From positions 111,433 to 175,432 of the forward strand of contig CBDBZY010000036.1 in assembly GCA_965213685.1 (NCBI GenBank): DNA of 64,000 nucleotides. Direction: 5' to 3'. The translations under genes and the position numbers were made by a program. Of the stretch, positions 56,437-64,000 are shown piece by piece. The stretch is from a bacterium (GTDB lineage: Bacteria; UBA8248). Every line of letters begins with the position of its first letter. Within the stretch, counting starts at the first letter, position 1. Under the pieces are notes generated by a model. It was given only the letters and a program-made list of their open reading frames with translations, made no database searches and had not been told where the DNA came from.

Positions 56437-58556
56437 ACACGCCCTTCAACGCGCGAGCGGATGCGGCACTGTCGAATCCTCCTCTCCAGGAGGCTCTCCA
56501 GGCGGCCACCGGCAAATTCGCCGACCTGCGCGTTCAGGCCTTTGAGTCGACGGCCGCGCCTCTCGCCCTGCGCGCACGGGCGAGAGAGATTCGCAGGAAG
56601 ACGTTCGAGGAGCTCGACAGGCACCTCGAAGCCCTCTTCGGGAATCTGGAGCGTCTCGGCGTCCGGGTTCATCCGGCGGCGGATGCGGACGCTGCGAAGC
56701 GCGTCGTTCTCGACATCGCCCGAAAAAACGGGGTCAAGACGGTCGTCAAGAGCAAATCCATGGCGTCCGAGGAGATTCACCTGAACCGGGCGCTGGAAGC
56801 CGCCGACATCACCCCCTACGAAACCGATTTGGGGGAGTGGATACTCCAGCTGGCCGGTGAGACGCCGAGCCATCTCGTGGCACCGGCCATCCACAAGACG
56901 TTGCGGCAGGTGCAAGACCTCTTCCGCGAAAAGGTGGACCCCGACGCAGGCTCAGACCCCGAGGCACTCACCCTGCTCGCCCGCCGGAAGCTCCGGGCGG
57001 AGTTCCTGCGCGCCGGCATGGGAATCAGCGGCGTGAATTTTGCCGTGGCGGAAACGGGCACGCTCTGCCTCGTCACGAACGAGGGAAACGGTCGGCTCGT
57101 CACCACCCTGCCAAAAGTGCATGTCGCCATCATGGGATTCGAGAAGGTCGTGCCCACGCTGCAGGAGACGCTCACGCTACTCTCGGTGCTCCCCCGCAGC
57201 GCGACGGGACAGAAGCTCTCCAGCTATTTCACCATGCTCACGGGGCCGAGAAGGGAGGCGGAGGCGGATGGCCCCGACGAGGTGCATCTCGTACTCCTCG
57301 ACGGCGGCCGCTCCAGACATCTGGGAACGCCGTTTCAGGAGGCGTTTCATTGCATTCGTTGCGGGGCCTGCCAAAACGCCTGCCCGGTCTTCCAGACGGT
57401 GGGGGGCCACGCCTACGACTCCGTGTATGGGGGGCCGATTGGCTCCATCCTGAGTCCCATGCTGCGCGGCCTGGAAGTCTCCGGAGAGCTGCCCGCGGCG
57501 TCGAGCCTCTGCGGGGCCTGCATGGACGCCTGCCCCGTCTTCGTCGATATTCCCCGCATGTTGCTGGAGATGAGAGAGGCGAGAACGACCCAGAAAAACA
57601 ACGCGGCCCTCGAGCGGCTCTCGTTTCGACTGCTCGGGACGCTCATGCGAAAACCCCTCCTCTGGGAGATGGGGTTCAAGGCGGCCTCGGTGTTTTCGAG
57701 ATTTCTGAGCCCCAGAACAGCAGCCAGGCTCCCGGGGCCGCCGGGTGCCTGGGCACAGGGTCGCGACATTCCCCAAATCGCGAGAAAAAGTTTCAGGGCA
57801 CGCTGGCGGGAGAAAAAAAGGGGAGCCGCCGATTCGTCCTCGACAATTCTGGAGCCGTCGCGGACGAGCGCGCCGGAGGCGGTCGTCCGAAAGGCGCGCC
57901 AGTCCCTGGCGCTGGGGCATGGGCTGTCCCACGGAAATCCAAAAACTCCCGAAGGCGCCGTCCCGGAAGTTGACGTTCCCGACGCAGCCGGGCGCTTCGC
58001 CCTGGAGTTTGAGGCGGTGGCGGGCAACGCCGTCCGCCGTCCGCACTCCGTGGATGCTGTCCATGAATACATCCTGGAGGTGGTCGCTCCATGGGAAAGA
58101 CACCCCATCGCCGTCAGCGCCGATCTGCCCATTCAGGTGGTCGACTGGCTTGCGGATGCGGGCTTCGAAACGTTTTGCCCATCGGATGACGGAGACAACC
58201 GGGCCGCTATCGCCCGGTGCGGCGTCGGAATCACGGGTTGCGACTGGGCGATTGCGGAAACGGGCAGCGTCGTCTTGCTCAGCGGGCCCGGCCGCCCGCG
58301 CCTGCACTCCCTGTTGCCGGAAAACCACCTCGCCCTCATTCCGGAGAAGAACATCCTGCCGCACCTCTCCGCGCTGGGGCCCAGGCTCGAATCCGCCTTC
58401 GCGCAGGAGGACGCCGCCACGCCCAGTTGCGTCAACATCATCACGGGCCCCAGCCGTTCCGCCGACATCGCCCTCACGCTCATCAAGGGCGTGCACGGCC
58501 CCCGCGAGGTTTTCGCGGCCATCATTCCCGACTCCCTCAACCGGGAAGGCTCCTGA
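56412..58556 (+). CDS. lutB: LutB-LutC fusion (lactate utilization Fe-S protein plus LUD domain)
   Basis: LutB part: KSKSMASEE, ETDLGE, PSHLVAPAIH, TNEGN, CIRCGACQNACP, SSLCGACMDACP. LutC part: AIAETGS, SLLPE and ITGPSRSADI...GVHGP, all in one frame. Confidence 0.88.
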   Translation: MARGTSDLNTPFNARADAALSNPPLQEALQAATGKFADLRVQAFESTAAPLALRARAREIRRKTFEELDRHLEALFGNLERLGVRVHPAADADAAKRVVLDIARKNGVKTVVKSKSMASEEIHLNRALEAADITPYETDLGEWILQLAGETPSHLVAPAIHKTLRQVQDLFREKVDPDAGSDPEALTLLARRKLRAEFLRAGMGISGVNFAVAETGTLCLVTNEGNGRLVTTLPKVHVAIMGFEKVVPTLQETLTLLSVLPRSATGQKLSSYFTMLTGPRREAEADGPDEVHLVLLDGGRSRHLGTPFQEAFHCIRCGACQNACPVFQTVGGHAYDSVYGGPIGSILSPMLRGLEVSGELPAASSLCGACMDACPVFVDIPRMLLEMREARTTQKNNAALERLSFRLLGTLMRKPLLWEMGFKAASVFSRFLSPRTAARLPGPPGAWAQGRDIPQIARKSFRARWREKKRGAADSSSTILEPSRTSAPEAVVRKARQSLALGHGLSHGNPKTPEGAVPEVDVPDAAGRFALEFEAVAGNAVRRPHSVDAVHEYILEVVAPWERHPIAVSADLPIQVVDWLADAGFETFCPSDDGDNRAAIARCGVGITGCDWAIAETGSVVLLSGPGRPRLHSLLPENHLALIPEKNILPHLSALGPRLESAFAQEDAATPSCVNIITGPSRSADIALTLIKGVHGPREVFAAIIPDSLNREGS

Positions 58557-58592
58557 AGCCCGCCCGCGGCAAAGGGCGATCCGCTTCCACGC

Positions 58593-58640
58593 AAAACGAA
58601 ACACCCCTCGGGAGTGCGCGCTCCCGAGGGGGTTTGTTTC
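58593..58640. terminator. Probable bidirectional intrinsic terminator between lutBC and glnA
   Basis: CCCCTCGGGAG (58604-58614) pairs with CTCCCGAGGGG (58621-58631), flanked by A-rich and T-rich tracts. Confidence 0.75.
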
Positions 58641-58689
58641 GCTTCGTTTCGTCGCGATCCTGGTCCGTCAGCGTCGGCGATCCCGAAAA

Positions 58690-60104
58690 CTAGATGTCAT
58701 AGTAGAGGGTAAATTCGTGCGGATGCGGGCGCAGGCGAATCGCGTCCACCTCCTCGGAGCGCTTGTATTCGATCCAGTTCTCCACGACGTCCTTCGTAAA
58801 GACGTCCCCCTTCAGCAAGAACTCATGATCCGCCTCGAGCGCGTCGAGCGCCTCGGGCAGGCTGCCGGGCGTCTGGGCCACGCTCACCCGCTCCTCGGGC
58901 GCGAGATCGTAGAGATTCTTGTCGATGGGATCGGGCGGCATGATTTTGTTCTGGATGCCGTCCAGGCCGGCCATCAGCATCGCGGAGAAGGCCATATAGG
59001 GATTGCATGAGGGGTCCGGGCAGCGCAGCTCCACCCTCTTGGCATTCTCGCTCGAGGAATACATCGGGATGCGCACGCAGGCGCTTCTGTTGCGGCAGCT
59101 ATACATCAGGTTGATGGGCGCCTCATAGCCCGGAACGAGGCGGCGATAGCTGTTCGTCGTGGGGTTGGTGAAGGCCAGCAGCGCGGGCGCATGCTTCAGC
59201 AAGCCGCCGATGTAGTAGAGCGCATCCGGACTCAGGTCGCCATAGGTTCCCGCCTGGTACATGATGTTCTTGCCGTTTTTCCAGATGCTCTGGTGGGTGT
59301 GCATCCCGGTGCCGTTGTCGAGAAATACGGGTTTCGGCATAAACGTCGCCGTCTTGCCGTGTTTTCTCGCCACGTTCTTCACGATGTACTTATACTTCAT
59401 GAGCTTGTCCGCCGTGATCACCAAGGTGTCGAACCGAATGTCGATCTCGCACTGCCCGGCGGCGGCCACCTCATGGTGATGCACCTCGCAATCGACCCCG
59501 CAGGCCAGCATCTCGAGCATCATCTCCGAGCGAATGTCCTGGAGGGTGTCGTTCGGCGGCAGGGGGAAATATCCCTCCTTGTAGCGGTTTTTTGTGGCCC
59601 AGGTTGGGGCCTTCGTCCGTGCCCGTGTTCCAGGCCGCCTCCGCCGAGTCCACCTCGTAGAAGGCGTGATTCTCCGAGCCCGAGTAGCGCACGTCGTCAA
59701 ACACGAAAAACTCGGCCTCGGGCCCAAAATACGCGACATCCCCGATGCCCGTGGACTTCATGTATTGCTCCGCCTTCAGGGGCGATGTATCGGGGGTCGC
59801 GCCCGTAGAGCTCCAGCGTAACCGGGTCCTTGATGTCGCAGATGAGGGCCAGCGTGGGGATTTTCATGAAAGGATCCATGAAGGCCGTCTCCGGATCCGG
59901 AATCAAAAGCATGTCGCTCTGATCGATGCTCTGAAACCCGCGGATGCTGGAGCCGTCAAAACCGACGCCCTCCTCGAACGTATCCTCATCCAGCGTGTGA
60001 ATGGGGGATGAGAAGTGCTGCCACATACCCGGCATGTCCACGAAACGAAAGTCCACCATCTTGGCGCCGCTTTCCTTGGCCATCTTCAGCACATTTGAAA
60101 CCAT
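58690..60104 (-). CDS. glnA: Type I glutamine synthetase (GSI-beta); two +1 frameshifts (G4 at 59779-59782, T6 at 59588-59593; probable sequencing errors)
   Basis: [58 protein letters not shown] and NLYDL (adenylylation Tyr). Length is 3n+2. Confidence 0.95.
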
Positions 60105-60194
60105 CTACTCTCACCTCCATTCAAGGTTGTGGTTTTGCTGAAAAATATCGAGACAAAACCAGGATTTGCGGCCCGTCGGGCCATGTTATGGCGG

Positions 60195-62936
60195 TTATGG
60201 CGCGGTGGCGCTCATGGGGCGCCCCTCTTCGAGAATCTTGGTCAAATCGTCACACAACTCCTTGAGTCTGGATGAATCGCCGATTTTCCCCCCGTCGTTA
60301 TCCGTGATGTAGAACACGTCTATCGCGCAATGGCCCTCCGTCGATATTTTCGCCCGGGAGATGGATATTCCCTCGCCGGCGAAGAATTGCGCGATCTGCG
60401 CCAGAAGGCCATGCCTGTCCGGTGCAATGACCTCCAGGACCGTCGCCTCGTCGCTCGCCGTCTGGTCGAATTCAACCAGTATCGGCAGGTCGAACGACAT
60501 GCGCCGCTTCAGCCGCAGATATTTTTTGCTCCGCCCGAGGAGCTCCGGCAATTCCAGCTCCCCCCGCAACAATTTCTCCAGCGAGCGCCGGAATTTCTTC
60601 CAGACGCCCTCATCGACGACGGCCTTGCCCTCGGAGTCCACCACCTGAAACGTATCTATCACCAAGCCGTCCGCCCGCGTATACACCTTCGCGTCCAGGA
60701 TGTTCAGGTCGCACACCGCAAGGGCACCCGCGATGAATGCGAACAAACCAAGCTGATCCTTGCACAACAATGTTAAGAGCGTGTTTCCTAACCTTCTTCG
60801 ATGCGTGATTCCGATCTCGCAAACCGCGCCGTTCGACAGGCGGGCTCCCAGCTCGATATGGCGCAGGATGTCCTGGGGCGGCGTCTCGGTCCGGTACCTG
60901 TCCGGCATGGACTCCATGTGCCTGCTGATCTCCTCGTGCCCGACCCGGCTTCCACCCGCCCGCGCCTCCAGACGCACCTTCTCCACCACATCTTTCCTGC
61001 GTTTTTTCCTGTACAAATTCTCGCCCGTCTCCATCACCCGGAGCACGCGCGTGTATAGCTCGTGAATCAGCGAGCCGCGCCATTCGTTCCATATCCCGGG
61101 GGCGACCGCGGAGATGTCCGCGTAGGTCAGCAGGTAGAGCATCTGGAGTCTTTCCGTCGTGCCCACCTTGTCGGCGAAGTTGCTGATCAGGACAGGGTCG
61201 TCGACGTCGCGCCTCTCGGCGGTGACGCTCATCTCAATGTGGCAGGCCACCAGAAATTCGATGATGCTCCCCTGATCCGCCGGCAGCCCCATGCGCATGA
61301 TGATGTCGGGAAGCACGGACGCGCTCTTGTGCACATGCCTCGGCCCTCTCGCCTTTCCGATGTCGTGGAACAAAAGGGCGAGCCGCAACACGTTCGTCCG
61401 CTCCATCTCCCTGTGGATGTGGGCCAGATTCTGCAAGGACATGTCCTTCGTATACGTCAGCTCATCGAGTGCCGTCAGCGTCAGCAAGGTATGCTCGTCC
61501 GCCGTGTATCGATGATAATGGTCGTATTGAACAAAACACGTCAAAGGCTCGAACTCCGGGACGTAGCGCCCCAGCAGGCCGAGACCGTGCATCTCGTGCA
61601 TGGCGGCCGCCACGCCGGTCTTGCCGTTCAATATCCGCAAGAAGCTGTCCCGCACCTCGGGCGAGGCGCGAAAGGCGTCGTCCACAGTATCGAGGTGAGC
61701 GCGCACAAAACTCCGCACATTCGGAGAGAGGCGGCACCCGAACCGGTATTGGCACTCAAATACGTTCATCAGGCCGGAGGGATTTTCCAGGGCCGCCTGC
61801 GGGCCGTCCGCACCCAGCACAAGCGTATGGTAGCCCTCCAGGGCCAGGCCGCCTCCCAAGGGCTGCAGTTTGGGTTTTTTGCTGACCCACCTCCTGCTCT
61901 TCAGGCGGTCTTCGAGGGTTTCAAAAAAATCCCGGCAAAAAATATGCAGGTCTCGGGCGTGGAGAAAATAATCGCGCATCAGGCATTCGCTCGCCAGGGC
62001 GCTTTCGTTGTCCTCATATCCCATGGCGGGAGCGATTTCCGACTGGGCGGAAAAATTGAGCATGTCGTTCTTGGCTTTCGCGTGTATGTGCAGCTGCGCG
62101 CGCAGGCGCAGAAGAAAATCATACGCCTTCGCCGCCTTGCGAAACTCCGCCTCCGGAACCCAGCCCTTTCGCCATATCTCGTCCATTTTCTTGAGGCCGA
62201 AGGCCCTGGCCAGCCAGCAGACGGCGTGAAAATCCCGCAATCCCCCCGCGCTCTCCTTCACGTTCGGCTCCAGAACGTAGACCGACGGATCCCAGGAGCG
62301 GTATCGCCTCATTCGTTCCTCAATCCGGTTTTTCAGGTGGGAGCTCTTCGCGACCCTTTGAATGTAGGCGTCGAATTTCTTGTTGAAATTCTCGAAGACT
62401 TCCTCACTTCCCCCCAGAAACCGGTTTTCCAGCATGGCGGTTTCGCTGTGGTAGTCTTCCCTGGCAATCTTCAGACAGTCGGCGATAGTCCGCGCGCTGT
62501 GGCCTATCGTCAGGCCGGAATCCCACATCAGATACAGGACAGAGCGTATCAGTTCGCTGGTTTGCGCCTCATGGCCGGAGAACAGGAACAGCAGATCAAT
62601 GTCCGAGCAGGGGGAGAGTTCCCCTCTCCCGTATCCGCCGATGGCGAGCATGGCGCATGGAAACGCCTGGTGCCCGTCGCCGGATTTTTTTCTCTCCCCC
62701 TCCAGGGCGTACGCATAGACCTGGCCGATGAACGCATCCATAAAGTTCGCGCGCGCCTCGCACAGCTCATATCCGCCCGCGCCCTCGTTTTGCGCATCGG
62801 AAATGTATTCGCCGGCCTGCGCGTAGGTCCGCTTCACGTAGGAGATGAAGGCCCCGCGCTCCCAGTTGGCCGCCGCAGGGGTCGTTTCCCTCACGTCGTT
62901 TCGCAGTTTCAAGAGTTCTCTAAGAGATGGCGTCAT
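60195..62936 (-). CDS. glnD: [Protein-PII] uridylyltransferase/uridylyl-removing enzyme
   Basis: GGYGRGELSPCSDIDL, EPNVKESAGGLRD, YHRYTADEH, HDIGK and two ACT domains. Confidence 0.95.
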   Translation of the reverse strand: MTPSLRELLKLRNDVRETTPAAANWERGAFISYVKRTYAQAGEYISDAQNEGAGGYELCEARANFMDAFIGQVYAYALEGERKKSGDGHQAFPCAMLAIGGYGRGELSPCSDIDLLFLFSGHEAQTSELIRSVLYLMWDSGLTIGHSARTIADCLKIAREDYHSETAMLENRFLGGSEEVFENFNKKFDAYIQRVAKSSHLKNRIEERMRRYRSWDPSVYVLEPNVKESAGGLRDFHAVCWLARAFGLKKMDEIWRKGWVPEAEFRKAAKAYDFLLRLRAQLHIHAKAKNDMLNFSAQSEIAPAMGYEDNESALASECLMRDYFLHARDLHIFCRDFFETLEDRLKSRRWVSKKPKLQPLGGGLALEGYHTLVLGADGPQAALENPSGLMNVFECQYRFGCRLSPNVRSFVRAHLDTVDDAFRASPEVRDSFLRILNGKTGVAAAMHEMHGLGLLGRYVPEFEPLTCFVQYDHYHRYTADEHTLLTLTALDELTYTKDMSLQNLAHIHREMERTNVLRLALLFHDIGKARGPRHVHKSASVLPDIIMRMGLPADQGSIIEFLVACHIEMSVTAERRDVDDPVLISNFADKVGTTERLQMLYLLTYADISAVAPGIWNEWRGSLIHELYTRVLRVMETGENLYRKKRRKDVVEKVRLEARAGGSRVGHEEISRHMESMPDRYRTETPPQDILRHIELGARLSNGAVCEIGITHRRRLGNTLLTLLCKDQLGLFAFIAGALAVCDLNILDAKVYTRADGLVIDTFQVVDSEGKAVVDEGVWKKFRRSLEKLLRGELELPELLGRSKKYLRLKRRMSFDLPILVEFDQTASDEATVLEVIAPDRHGLLAQIAQFFAGEGISISRAKISTEGHCAIDVFYITDNDGGKIGDSSRLKELCDDLTKILEEGRPMSATAP

Positions 62937-62953
62937 GGGAAGATACCGCTAAA

Positions 62954-63370
<417 letters not shown>

Positions 63371-63644
63371 TCAATCGACAGCCCGCCAAAGACGACCCCC
63401 GCATCCCGCCGTCCGGAGCGGCGCGCCCGCGCCAGGCTATCCGCTTGCACGGCCTATGTTGCCGTGGCGTTTGTTACACGCAAAGTATCCTCCATATCAA
63501 GCGTTTCTCCGAGCCAGAACGCCGCCAGCTTGCGCCATGCGCGGCTTTTCCTTACACTCCACCCGCTATTTCATGGAGCCCGGCATTTTCGTTGGCTTCC
63601 GGGGCGCAGCATCCATTTTCCGCGAGGCGAGAGGGGCAGCCGCA

Positions 63645-63962
63645 ATGGAGTGTACAATTTTGGAAGCATCCATAGAATGTCATTTTGCAGCCAAGGGCAA
63701 TGGCCGAAACAAATGCATGTACAATGGGGATTCCTGCCTCCCCGTCGTGGAGGAATGCCTGGCGGGTGAGGACGAAAAATCATGCGAGCACATCATCGGG
63801 ATGCCGAAAGGGCAATTTTGCTCCAAATTCCCGAACCCGGAAAACCGCTGGGAGCGCGGCAGATGCCCCCTCGCCACGCATATCAAAGTGGACTTTGACG
63901 CCCCGCTGGAGAAGAAGCTGAACCCGCTCAAGGCCTCCAAGCGCGCGGCGCGCGGAAATTAA
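63645..63962 (+). CDS. Small cysteine-rich protein, PxxKW-family-like
   Basis: Eight Cys, FPNPENRW..GRCPLATH and a basic tail KKLNPLKASKR. GAGGGG RBS. Confidence 0.75.
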   Translation: MECTILEASIECHFAAKGNGRNKCMYNGDSCLPVVEECLAGEDEKSCEHIIGMPKGQFCSKFPNPENRWERGRCPLATHIKVDFDAPLEKKLNPLKASKRAARGN

Positions 63963-64000
63963 TTAATTTAATATTACTGAGAAGACGCTCGCGCCCCGCC

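Noticed and set aside
58690-60104. glnA as a true pseudogene
   Set aside because: All catalytic motifs are intact, and both breaks are +1 homopolymer events matching the window-wide error pattern.
63446-63494. Sigma54 promoter (minus strand TGGAGGATACTTTGC, 63480-63494) and NtrC-like site (TGCAC-N7-GTTGC, 63446-63462) upstream of glnB
   Set aside because: Both match consensus only weakly, and the putative activator site would lie downstream of the promoter.
63956-63969. Perfect AT palindrome AAATTAATTAATTT at the stop of the last gene
   Set aside because: It is low-complexity and at the window edge, with no supporting context.

Overview
This is a high-GC, gene-dense bacterial chromosomal window. 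I found no rRNA, tRNA, CRISPR array or mobile element. It holds (i) catabolic and transport genes (SDRs, a VOC protein, a ClC antiporter, a DcaP porin, a xanthine-oxidase-family Mo-hydroxylase lacking a neighbouring 2Fe-2S subunit gene, a NitT/TauT ABC transporter, an LLM monooxygenase and a TAXI-TRAP transporter). It also holds (ii) a co-oriented cluster of poorly characterised enzymes (PEP-hydrolase-like TIM barrel, Tm-1-like, orphan Sdh/NadB-family flavoprotein, beta-hydroxyacid dehydrogenase, UbiX, a small GatC/AtzG-like ORF, a split FdrA and an amidase), and (iii) a tightly coupled ~13.6 kb MBL-DUF4159-GATase/VWA-DUF4175-metallopeptidase/TPR-MoxR-DUF58-BatA/VWA operon of unknown function. 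The right end has (iv) three tandem EamA genes, a W-type aldehyde:ferredoxin oxidoreductase, lutA plus a lutB-lutC fusion, and glnB-glnD-glnA. The clearest hidden signals are two probable selenoproteins that the ORF track truncates: a two-domain rhodanese (TGA at the catalytic Cys, 11344) and an AhpD/CMD protein (CxxU, TGA at 50569-50571 on the minus strand), each followed by a SECIS-like hairpin. Six +1 frameshifts in four genes, including glnA, all lie in homopolymer runs and are most likely sequencing errors. Family names come from motif recognition only; no database search was run.
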